Shown in pieces: positions 1 to 10,726 of a DNA stretch of 64,000 nt (positions within the stretch are counted from its first letter, which is position 1; every line of letters starts with the position of its first letter). The DNA lies in contig JBLDXI010000058.1 in NCBI GenBank assembly GCA_047495785.1, forward strand, positions 310,001 through 374,000. Reading direction: 5' to 3'. The notes under the pieces are model-generated. The model was not told the DNA's origin. It saw only the letters and a program-made list of their open reading frames with translations, and ran no database searches. The stretch comes from Lepidodermella squamata (lineage: Eukaryota; Animalia; Gastrotricha). The position numbers and the translations under genes are program-made.

Positions 1-1999
1 CAACATCGAATATCATTCGCCTTTGTTGATTGGCCCTCTCTTCGCAACTGGCGGTGCCGCTCTTGCCGCTGCTGTTCATCACTTGGATATGGTCCAACTC
101 GCTACAGGGGTGAATAACCCTCAAACTACGGCGAATCGGCGTCTCTACCCGAATTTTTACCGAACTCGAATAACAGGAGAGCTCGTTGCTTATGCTCAGA
201 TGCGTTTCATCCGTGATGTCGGAAAGTGGAATCGGTTCGGGATCTTGACTTCAGTTAACAGCGCTTTCGACCTAGCCCTTGCTACATTTCTATACAAGGT
301 CGCCAATGACAATGGTTTCAACATCTCCTATTTCGGTACAGTAACTGATGTCGCGGACGAAACAATCGAAGCATTGAAAGCATCTGACACGCGCATTCTC
401 GTAATTGATAGTGGGGTTGCTATATTCGTGAACAAGGCCCTGTGTATGGCTCACATGGCCGGACTAACGGGCCCGCGGTATGCATTCATCATTCCAACTG
501 GTTCATACTCAGAGCCTAGGAATCTACCGCAAAGCATCGCTAATGCCCCAGGTTGCACGCGAGAAATGCTTCTCGATCAGTTCAAGGCAACAATATGGAT
601 ATCGTGGGCGAACGGACCTGCTAATGAATATGCCGATCCGTGGCTGAAAACTTCAAGTGGGACAACGCTGCAGGATTTTGAAATTCGATATCAGAACGTG
701 ACAGGCGACAGGACCCCGCTTGATGCCATTCGCCGTTACCATTGCTATGACACGGGGCTTGAAGCTGCTATGATCCTTGACTCAGCCGAGCGAAAATTGC
801 GCGAGAAAAACTTGTCCTTGACAGATTTCGAAACGAATTCAAGAGAAGTCATGTTGGCTGTCAATGAATCTACTCTCAACGTGAAATTCTTCGGGTTGAG
901 AATTGGCAAGTTCGAGTACTCTGCTAGAGGGGAGCCTGACTCTGATGCTCAAGGAGTTATTCAATGGACACCTCAAACTGGCTTGAGAGATCTCTCAGTG
1001 ATCAGTGCAGCGGCTAATTCTTCGATTTACAACTTCTCAAGCTATGCGATGAAAGAGTACCGCAAGCCGAAGTGGTTTACGCCCGATGGCAAGCCTCCTA
1101 GAGATGGGCCAATCGTTGAAGTCGTAGCCCAGCGTATTCCTGACGAACTCTCTTGGACCATTCTGTCTACAAGTGGTGCAATTTCGATTTGGCATACGTA
1201 CCTGTATGTCAAGCCGGTAATGAAAAGCAGCAGCGAAAAAATCGCTTGGATGACTCCATGCCGATCTATTCTTTTCTTCGGTTGTTTGTCTATCGACTTC
1301 GCCTGTGGCCTCTTCGCTTTTTCTTACCCTGTTGGATCTATCGTGTTATGTATCCTTCAAGTAATCGCCCCAGCCCTAGGAGTCGGCATTATAATTGGTT
1401 TCTGCTTCGCTCGTCTTGAAAAAGCAAGACGAAAACCAAATATTCGTGAACGTAAAAAATCGGTAAGGCTTTCATCAAAAAGATCGACAAACGCAGGGCC
1501 ATGCAACGACGAAGTGAGATCAATGAGAAGTGGCGTTTCATCGGTTTCTTATGTGAAAGAAATTACTGATTATAAATTCGAAATGGTTAGCTTATTGACG
1601 ATATTATTGATGCTTTCACCGGTGTTAGTTGCCTGGTGTACCTCGGAGAAACCTGCCTTCGAAACAAGCACTTTATTCGAGTCTTACGATGCGGGAAGTG
1701 ACACTTTCATTGTCATCAAGGCAGGTCAGTGCACGTCTGGAAATCAAGTAGAATGGGTGTCCGCTTTGTTGATCAGCTACATAGTTATGCTACTATGGTC
1801 TGCTTTTTCAGCTTACGTAACTCGAAAAAGTCCCGAACTCAAGTATGAGCGCATCGCTGTTTTAAATGTAATCGTCATGATTATGGCAGCGGTGTTAATC
1901 AGTGTTACTCTTGCCTCGCCTGATGGAAGAATGATTTGCTTTGCAATTGTTAGTGTCATTATATCACTCGGCTCTGGGACACTTTTGATTCCCGAGTAG
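1..1999 (+). CDS. GABA-B-like class C GPCR (VFT + 7TM), 5'-partial; paralog G1
   Basis: The frame is open from position 2 (NIEYHSPLLIGP...). It has a VFT-type ectodomain (LYPNFYRT, W-N-R-F-G-I, CYD, PP.D), no Cys-rich domain and seven hydrophobic segments. It ends LLIPE*. The ectodomain is nearly identical to that of 30484-32751. Confidence 0.85.
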   Translation, partial: NIEYHSPLLIGPLFATGGAALAAAVHHLDMVQLATGVNNPQTTANRRLYPNFYRTRITGELVAYAQMRFIRDVGKWNRFGILTSVNSAFDLALATFLYKVANDNGFNISYFGTVTDVADETIEALKASDTRILVIDSGVAIFVNKALCMAHMAGLTGPRYAFIIPTGSYSEPRNLPQSIANAPGCTREMLLDQFKATIWISWANGPANEYADPWLKTSSGTTLQDFEIRYQNVTGDRTPLDAIRRYHCYDTGLEAAMILDSAERKLREKNLSLTDFETNSREVMLAVNESTLNVKFFGLRIGKFEYSARGEPDSDAQGVIQWTPQTGLRDLSVISAAANSSIYNFSSYAMKEYRKPKWFTPDGKPPRDGPIVEVVAQRIPDELSWTILSTSGAISIWHTYLYVKPVMKSSSEKIAWMTPCRSILFFGCLSIDFACGLFAFSYPVGSIVLCILQVIAPALGVGIIIGFCFARLEKARRKPNIRERKKSVRLSSKRSTNAGPCNDEVRSMRSGVSSVSYVKEITDYKFEMVSLLTILLMLSPVLVAWCTSEKPAFETSTLFESYDAGSDTFIVIKAGQCTSGNQVEWVSALLISYIVMLLWSAFSAYVTRKSPELKYERIAVLNVIVMIMAAVLISVTLASPDGRMICFAIVSVIISLGSGTLLIPE

Positions 2000-3617
2000 C
2001 AAAAGGTGTATTTCTTGACAACCTTGGTGTTTACGATACTCAGTTTGCTGGTTCTTTTTTATCGTAATGGTTTATGGTTTATCAGTAAGGTGTTATGGTT
2101 TTTGTTGTAGATTGTTCAGGCTATTTTACAAAAGTCCAACTATGAATGATTTTCAAAAGCTAACATCGTTTGAAGAGAAAGGCAGAAACTGGTGTAGGTA
2201 CGTTGTTGAAAGTGTTCAGTAAAAATTCATCTCAGTAACATTAATATATATTTTAACGTTCGGCATGATAGAACTCAACATTAACATAGCAGCCACTTGT
2301 CGGGGAAAATAGCACAGTGAATTCGCCTGCTCACAATGGAAACGAACATGCGTACATAATTTTGATTTTTGAAATGAAAGATGTTCCAGCGCTTTACTAT
2401 TATGTCTCAGCCTACGTGCGTGAGAAACATGAAGTAAGGGTTAGAGTAGGTATTTTATTGGCTTCCAGAAGATTAATTGCGTTGAAGGAAATGCGATATT
2501 ATCATATATTAGCCAAAAACTCAGACATCGCCAAACCCCCTCGACTTTCGGGTTAAAGTGCATAAGGTACACCTATTAGCAATTTAATGAAATAAATACT
2601 TCGCCGGCTTCGCGCCTCCTTCGACAACCGACATTCCTTGCATCTATAATTTGAGAAATTGCAGATAGTTTTCACATTAGAATCTATAATCTATCCCTGG
2701 CACTGCTCAGTTTTATTTTATGGGCGCATGGCTTTCATCACAATGGGCTAAATAACTTCAGGTTAGTTTTCAGGTGAAAGGTTACAATTAGTCAAACGTC
2801 TTTGTTTTTGCCGTTTTATTTACGTAAAAAGGCATACAACGTTCCAGCAGCCTTCTTAAAGGTAGCTTGGATAGGCATTAGACAATTCAAGTTGAACTCT
2901 AAACGCTAGCATTGTTAGTGATCTTTCAGATTTTAGATGTTACTGCCGCAGACAACAAGCATCCGATCAGCATCTGATTCGGCGAAAGCGAAAGTTTGAC
3001 TATTCGATCGTTTGCGGGAAAACATGTTATTGACATGCTGTAGATTGTTTGCAATCACGCGCAAGCTTTTCTCAAGTTAACGTTGTGCCATGTGAGAACG
3101 GAAACAGATATATTAAACTATTAAGGTCAGCTCGGCCTCCGTGCTACTTTCCGCGCTACTTGTCTGGGAATTTTCTATGAAAAGGAACTTTCGCATTTTT
3201 AGTATATTATTTGCATTGTTCAGAGAGTTCAACATCTCGAATCAGAAGAATTCATTTGAAGGAACATGTCTGAAAACGTGGGCGAAACGGAAGAATCGGC
3301 GTACTCCTCGGATACTATAGTGGCGTGAAATATTACTTGCGCTATCATAGTTCGAGGACAACTAAAGGTTACATAGTCATAGTTTTATTTTGCAAATTGC
3401 ACGTTTGAAGTTAACGATTTTTAGTGTTAGCACACCTATATCATATTATTGAGAACGTCCAGGTACATGTGTTATGAGCCTAATGATCCTAATCAGCCTA
3501 ATCACCAGAGCTTAGAGCTGAGAGGCGGTTTGAAATCAGAAAGTACTAGGCAGAGAAGGCTATGTATTGCCGCTTGCAGTTCTCTATTTGTAATTTTTAG
3601 AGGCAGCTTTGTTTGAA

Positions 3618-5881
3618 ATGAAGGTTGCTCTGTTACTGGCGTTATCAGCGATTTCGAATACAGAGGCTAACAAGAAAGACACACTAGGTGTAGCAGTGCT
3701 CATTCCAAGGACTGGCAACGAGCCGCAAAATGGCGATGGATGCCGTTTCGGTATACAAGTCGCATTTGAAAGCGTGAATAACAATACCAGCATTTTGCCT
3801 GATTACCGAATTGAACCAATTTTTATCGACGAAGGACCCGTTGGGACGCTTTCTCCACGCCACGTCACGCAATTTCGGCGCGACTTCACACATGTTTATC
3901 AATCACCAGTAGTGGTTGGGCCACTGTACGGAACAGGGGGCGTCGCTTTAGCTGGGATGATCCATCATCTCGACATGGTTCTTCTCACCCATGGTGTAAA
4001 TGTGCCTCAGGTCAACGGGAATCGTCGGTTGTATCCAAACATCTATCGAACCCGTATTAGTGGTGAATTAGTCGGTTTTGCCCAACTGCGCTTTATGCGT
4101 GACATTGGCAAATGGAACAGGTTCGGAATTATAACAAATGTAGCCAATTCCTTTGACACAGCTACGGCCCTGTTCTTGTATAAAGCTGCGAATGACAACG
4201 ATTTCGAGGTGTCGTACTTTGGGATAGTTGGCGATATCACCGAAGAAACAGTGAACTCTATCAAATCTTCCGACATGCGTATCATCGTGGTCGCAGCTGG
4301 CACGCCAACTTTCGCCAGCAGGTTCCTGTGCCTGGCATACTTCGCAGGATTGAATGGTTCTCGTTATGCTTTTGTAATCCATGCTGGTTCATACGCCGAA
4401 CCGAGAAGCTTACCTCCGAGAATAGCCTCGGCCCCAGGTTGTACAAGGGAGATGCTTTTAGAACAATTCAAAATTACAATATGGATAGCATGGTCTAACG
4501 GACCTGCGAACGAGTTTTCTGACCCGAAATTCAAAACCACCGGCGGAATAACTCTGCGAGAATTCGAAGCACGGTACCAAGAGCTAACCAACGGAACCAC
4601 GCCATTAGACTTCATACGAAGGTTTCAATGCTACGATCCAGGACTCGCGGCTGCTCTAGCTCTCGACGCAGCAGAACGAAAACTTCAATTACAGAACAGT
4701 TCACTGAAGGATTTTAAATATGATCAAAGAGGAGTGATGTTTGCAGTGAACGAATCAATCGTGAAGCTAGAGTTCTTCGGTCTTAGAAACGGCAGGTTCA
4801 AGTATTCGTCTCGGGGTGAGCCAGATTTCGATTCGCAATCAGCCATGCAGTGGACACCGGAAAACGGCTTGCAAGAGCTGTATGGAATAAGTTATATAGA
4901 AAATTCTTCGATTTACGCATTCCCCGGTTACGTGATGAAAGAGTTAAGGAAACCCTCCTGGCTTACTGGCGACAGAAAACCACCTCGAGATCGGCCTATA
5001 ATCTTGATTAGCACAAGGCGCATTCCCATGGAGTTTTCCTGGACTCTTATGTCAGGATCCGGTGCGATTGCGATTTGGCATACGTATTTGTTCACGAAGT
5101 CATTTTTGAAAAGCGGCAAAACAATTGCCTGGCTGATTCCGAGTCGAGTGATCCTGCTGATTGGCTGTTTGCTGATCGACTTGGCGTCTAGTCTCTTCGC
5201 TTTCTCATACAAAGATAGTTCATCCGCGCTTTGTATTCTCCAAAGTATTGCGCCATCACTGGGAATCGGGATTACCATTTCATACTGTTTCGCCCGCCTC
5301 GACAAGGCGAGACGACAATTACAGAAAAGTAAAGGTAGAAGAAATGGGGCATTGTACGCGACAGCTATGACTACATACCATGAAGACGTGAAATCAATGA
5401 AGAGTAATGCATCTTCTGTTGCTGAACTAGGGAAATCTTCTAATTTCAAATTTGAAACAGCGTGCATGCTGACCTTCTTGATCACCGCTTCAATTTGTTT
5501 GGTTGTTTGGAACGTATCGGAAAAGCCAACTTACATCATAAATACTCTGTCCGAGTCTTACAACGCAGGAACTGATATCTTCTTGGTCATCAAGGCAGGT
5601 CGATGCTTGTCGGGAAATCAAGTCAAATGGGTATCCGCTTTGTTGATTGCTTACGTTTTCATGCTTTTGATTTCCACTTTCGCTGCATACGTCACGCGCA
5701 ACGTCCTGATCTCAAGTACGAACGCTTCACTGTGTTAAATTTGCTGGCGATGATCATTGCTGCAGTTCTAATCTGCGTTACTTTGGACTCTCCAGATGGC
5801 ATAATGATATGCTTCGCGTTCGCTGGCCTAATTATTTCACTCAACTCCGGGACCCTCCTGCTCATGCCGAAACGAGTGTAA
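3618..5881 (+). CDS. GABA-B-like class C GPCR G2 with a 1-bp frameshift at ~5700 (pseudogene or assembly error)
   Basis: Signal peptide MKVALLLAL..., VFT and TM1-5 are in one frame; TM6-7 (PDLKYERFTVLN...LLMPKRV*) lie in ORF 5603-5881. Adding one A at 5700-5701 restores VTRKRPDLKYER, matching paralogs (VTRKSPELKYER, VTRKRRELRYER). Confidence 0.85.
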
Positions 5882-6016
5882 ACGAATGTATTAGCCGCAC
5901 AGCTAATTTGAGGAATGTTTAAGCTAAACTATGTCCGCTGTTTTCTATTCATTGTTCTATTCATTGTCTGTCTTTGCCAGAAGATGGACACTTTGCCGAA
6001 AGGTGGATATAGGTAA

Positions 6017-6160
6017 GGGTCCCCCGTCCCCCCTTATATCGCTAAAGTTTCCGCAGGTGCCAGGGAAAAAAGCATAAGGGTCCCCCCTGTGGTCAAGCTT
6101 CGAGCCCTCGGGCTCGAAGCAGGGACAATCCCCCCCGTCCCCCCGCCATCTTCGACACTG
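6017..6160. repeat. C-rich repeat/MITE-like fragment with a perfect 11-bp hairpin
   Basis: cccc(c)gtcccccc occurs twice, the hairpin gcttcgagccc-tc-gggctcgaagc is present, and the stretch ends in cactg. No matching second TIR was found. Confidence 0.35.
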
Positions 6161-6470
6161 AGCTCAAAAAAGCTGGCCAAGCTGGAAATATTTTTTGACG
6201 ATCGTTCACATACATTTATTTGCGCAAAGTTTGATAACATACATATTATCTAAGCGTCGTTTATTAGTCTTAATACGGCGTGATGTTGTTTCCGGGATCG
6301 TCCACGCCTGATAATTGTAATTTATTGCAATAATATTTATAGTGCGGCATTATTAATAAATAATTAGGTAGTACGAAAGGGAAAAACAGCGTGACTGCCT
6401 ACACCAGGCGTTACCTTTGACAAACATTGATTCGTCCATATTCAACCACCGGGGGTATTTTGACATATAT

Positions 6471-8963
6471 TTAATGATGTTCGAACATACGCTTCAGGGT
6501 CTTATAGCACAAGCTCAGGCAGCAAGTCGCTGACAAGATGATGCAAACGGAAGAAACAGCCATATACTGCTCAATTTGATTGTCGAGTGTTAACAGAATA
6601 AGTATCGTACAGAGCAGCAGGGAAAAGGTGTTCAGCCCTCCTATCATCACGCCTGTGATTTCCGAACAAACGACGTCGACCTGCGATTTCAATCCCTGTT
6701 TACAATGATAAGCCTGATACGTGCCGTATGCTAACATAAGTACGTGGATCATAGCCAGGCAAATCATCCAAAGCATACTATTCTCCGTTGAACAAACGAC
6801 TTCAGAAATTTCGTAAAAAGTATCGCTTATCGCGTCGTAGTTCTCATTTATGGGGGCATGATATATCGAGCAGGAGAATGCGCCAAAAACTAGCCAGCAT
6901 GCAAGTAACACTCCATTGAGTGCCACAAAAATAAAGGTGGAGAAAATGACTTTCTTTTCAATGCCAAGCTCATGCTCTTTCGTTGGAAGAACAGGTTGTT
7001 GAATAGATGAGGCTATCATCAGAGAATGACTTGATGCCGTTTTTACAACAGTCAAATTCAAACTATGAGAAGAAGGCCTTTTAATATTCGCATCTAAGCC
7101 TACCGATTTAACTTTGACTAATTGTTGATGATTCAACTGTGGAGAAGGGCTTCTACTTGGGGCTTCGCAGTTGGAAGCTCGGGCGATGTTAACTTTCGGC
7201 TTTGATTTTGCACTTTTGCCATGGCGAAAAGCTTTAAACATTCTAGAATGAGAGGGCAATCTTCCCGCCAAAGCAGTCGCTCGAAATGCCATAACACCAC
7301 TTATGATCGACACGGAAAACATTAGCAGGGCGATCCTAACTACTGCGACTGCAAATGCGTCCTGGCTGGTTTTCAAGGTAAAAGCTATTGCAGCTGCATT
7401 CAGAGCTAAGCAGCCTAGACAGCCAATCACCTTGATTTTCGGCGAAACGGCCTTTTCCCGATGTCTAATTGTCATGGCTAGAAGGGTAATCTCAAAGAAG
7501 GAAATGATTCCAACTATAATTCTGATAGCAAGGGCAGCATAATCCGGAAATTCCTTTTTCATTGACACCGTGAATGCTCGATCTCTAGGGGGACGACCTT
7601 TATTTTTCCAAGCTGACCAGTCCATGGGTTCCACCTTCAGAACTTTGTATCGACCGTAGAACATGTAATCTTTAGTTGAGTCGACTTCGACTGACAAATA
7701 TTTTGTCCGATAGCCGTCCTGGCCGAGGTAAGCGTACTGTATAGGGCCATTTTCGCTATAGCCACGTTTGCTAAACCTCATTTGACCCCTCAGACCGGAC
7801 ACATTTACATTTAGAACAGATTCGTTGACGATTTTCATGACGAAGGTCGGATTGGTGTTCATATCTCGAAGTGACATGTTATACTCAAACTTTAGCCGAT
7901 TATTAGCGTTATGCATCGCATATATAGCGACAAGTGTTGCGTCATGGCAAATGTATTTTAATGAGCCAGCCGTTGCCGATCTTGGTTTCTGTAACATGCC
8001 AGTCAATCGCTCCTCGAAAGCAGTCGTATCGTAACCTAGTTCACTCTTCCAGCTGTCGTCAATCACCTGAGTCATAGAACCGTAAAAAATTGTGTATCGG
8101 ATTTGCTCACGGATGATGTTTTTGTTGCACCAAGGATCCACAATGTTGCTAGGATTAATGTTGTTAGGTTCCCCCGCGAGATTGTTACTCAGAAAAAACA
8201 GATATCTCGGTCCAGTTATGCCAGCTAAGTAACATTTACAAAGGAATGTCCAAAGAATAGTCTCTTGCGAGATTAACACAGCTATTATCCTTATGTCATG
8301 GAAAAGTATCTCGTTTAGCGAATCGTCTGTAATGTCGAGGACAATGCTGAAAGATGGCACGAAAATTCCGCTTCGAGTTGCATATCTCTCAGTGTAAACC
8401 GCCGTTAAATAATCGTTAGGAAACGCTGCTAGTGTTATTATCCCGATTCTTGACCATTTCCCGACATCTTTCAAGAAATGAATCAACGATATTGCGAATA
8501 ATTCACCATTAGACTGGACCGGGTACAAATTCGGGTAAGCAACGTGGTCGGCAAAATTTGGAGCAGTGCAACCTATCGCAAGTCCAACAACGTCGAAGTA
8601 TTTCAGAGGTTTGCCTAGAGGTTTACATCCAATCGAAAAGAAAGGACCGAGGAAGACCGGGGATCGAATGTTGATACCGTCATCTACTCGATTTTCCCAC
8701 GCGCGGCCATAGCTGACGAGTTCGCGAATCGGGGTGTATCCCAGCCAGTATCCTTCCTCGTCACGGTAGTCGGGTACAATATTGTAGTCGGATAAAATAT
8801 CAGATCGACTGTTCACATTATCGATGGCGATTTTGACAGCTTCCGAGCATCCTGGGTGAGGGATTGGAAATACCTGAAGCATCGACAGGTTGTACTTTTT
8901 CGACAATTGAAAGCTTGTTGGGCAGAGAATAGATAGAAAAAAGACTGACCCAAGCAATTTCAT
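6471..8963 (-). CDS. Divergent GABA-B-like class C GPCR G3
   Basis: The likely start is MKLLGSVFFL (signal peptide). VFT motifs: AID.VNSRSDILSDY, LGPFFS..C, YPNLY, WSRIGII, PPRD. It has 7 TM with a very long Ser/Lys-rich loop after TM3 and is intronless. Confidence 0.85.
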   Translation of the reverse strand: MKLLGSVFFLSILCPTSFQLSKKYNLSMLQVFPIPHPGCSEAVKIAIDNVNSRSDILSDYNIVPDYRDEEGYWLGYTPIRELVSYGRAWENRVDDGINIRSPVFLGPFFSIGCKPLGKPLKYFDVVGLAIGCTAPNFADHVAYPNLYPVQSNGELFAISLIHFLKDVGKWSRIGIITLAAFPNDYLTAVYTERYATRSGIFVPSFSIVLDITDDSLNEILFHDIRIIAVLISQETILWTFLCKCYLAGITGPRYLFFLSNNLAGEPNNINPSNIVDPWCNKNIIREQIRYTIFYGSMTQVIDDSWKSELGYDTTAFEERLTGMLQKPRSATAGSLKYICHDATLVAIYAMHNANNRLKFEYNMSLRDMNTNPTFVMKIVNESVLNVNVSGLRGQMRFSKRGYSENGPIQYAYLGQDGYRTKYLSVEVDSTKDYMFYGRYKVLKVEPMDWSAWKNKGRPPRDRAFTVSMKKEFPDYAALAIRIIVGIISFFEITLLAMTIRHREKAVSPKIKVIGCLGCLALNAAAIAFTLKTSQDAFAVAVVRIALLMFSVSIISGVMAFRATALAGRLPSHSRMFKAFRHGKSAKSKPKVNIARASNCEAPSRSPSPQLNHQQLVKVKSVGLDANIKRPSSHSLNLTVVKTASSHSLMIASSIQQPVLPTKEHELGIEKKVIFSTFIFVALNGVLLACWLVFGAFSCSIYHAPINENYDAISDTFYEISEVVCSTENSMLWMICLAMIHVLMLAYGTYQAYHCKQGLKSQVDVVCSEITGVMIGGLNTFSLLLCTILILLTLDNQIEQYMAVSSVCIILSATCCLSLCYKTLKRMFEHH

Positions 8964-10726
8964 AGCTTGTGAAAATTCAGAGAAGGCGATTATTTTCTTC
9001 GGAAAATATTGAGACAGATTTGCTGTTATTAACTCTCCGAAAGAAGACACTTTCATGAGATAATAAATTCTCACGTTTTTTTTTATTATCGCGCATCTTT
9101 TTTACGATATAATTAACCACGTCGGACGTCAGCAGCAATTTAGTCGCAAAATTTGTTACTTGACAAAACTGAATAATTATGGCGATTAGCTAATTTACTT
9201 CTGATTAGCTAATCGCTGCTGTCTACGCATAAAATTTGAAATTGAATCCCGATCAAGACAGGTTCTTATCACGCAACCCTGCTCAGCCCGCAGACATGCA
9301 AAGGGAAAGCGTCGACTGCGTGAACAAGATGCTAATGAAAGAAAGATAAGGGTTGTGTTACGTAGCTGATGTTCTTAACTGTGCGTGAAAACGTTCATCA
9401 GGTGATAAATTTACAAACCTCGTGTGTACGTGTTGTAAATTCAGTGGGTTTGGATTATTTGACCGAAAAATTTACGAACCAGCAGTTTCAAGTTAAAAGC
9501 CACAAAACATATCGGGTTTTTTCGGTATGGACGGATGGAATGTGCCATCTATCTCTTGCTCTTTATTAACAACATCTGCAAAATGCAGAATGATTTACGA
9601 AGTGGGCATTTTCACTGATCCATCGTTTTCACCGCGAAAAGATTAATGAATGATTTGTTAGTGAGCAACGAGATTCAATTGTCTTTACACCGATTTAATT
9701 TTTAAATGCCATTGAAGTGAGAATCAGGGATATAATTTGCGCCTTGAAGCTGAATTAAGAATCCGGACAGAAAGAAGACGTTCGTATTTCGTATACAATC
9801 AGTTCGCCAACCTCGCGTCACACTCAAATCAATCGGCTTGACAATCCTGTTCATATGGCTAAAGGCTAAAATGATGTAGAATATAGTTGAATGGAGAATG
9901 CGCTGAAATCGCTATAATCAGCCGTGTTTCCCACAGTTCCCGCAAAATCCAAGACCGATGAAGCTCAAACGACGATGAAGTGAGTTATAGTAACTCAAAT
10001 AACTATAGAGCCTCCTGGCCACACGAAATCTGAAAAGCTTTTCTAGTGCAAGTTCATGATTGGAAGGTTAATCTATGATGTTTCGGGCAGCCAATTTATC
10101 GGCTCCTTTTTCTTTAGTCATCATCACTATAATTATTTGCTAAAATGGGAACCAGGTAACTCGATTGTTCTGGCGAAAGCAACTGGATGCTGTATGGGTG
10201 CTTTTTTGCAATATTGCCAATCGCCTTATATGGTCAGTAAACTAGGTCTAGCTGAGTCAACGAAGTAAAAGCTCTTCCGGGTGGAGTGCACTCGAAGTTA
10301 AGCACTAACGCCTTCTCTTCGTTCGAAGTTCGTTCCCGCGCATTTCCCTTTTAAGACTTCCGAAATTGTGCGGTAGAAACATTATCCCGGATGGGTGGCA
10401 ATCGCAACATGAACTCTGTTGACTACAAAATAATCAGTTGACAGACGCGTGTGAAAGCAGAGGAAGAGTCGCGGCTGAGTGGGCTGGCTTTCATGAAGCG
10501 TTTAATTGTGAATAGAAGAAGCGAATTGGCTAACTTATATTTATATCCTCCATCAGACCCATCTTAAGATTCGAACTCATATCAGTACTTGGAGAAAGTT
10601 TAATGGATACACAGTCCTAGGATCCCAACGGAAGCTACACTGCACCACAATTGTCCGAGGATGTAGGGAAGATAAATAAGTTGATCCTTAGCGCCGAAGT
10701 TTCCATTCATTATTGCTGATGTTGAA

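Noticed and set aside
4043-5485. Antisense ORFs over GPCR genes, similar between paralogs
   Set aside because: These are shadows of conserved sense-strand coding, with no independent support.
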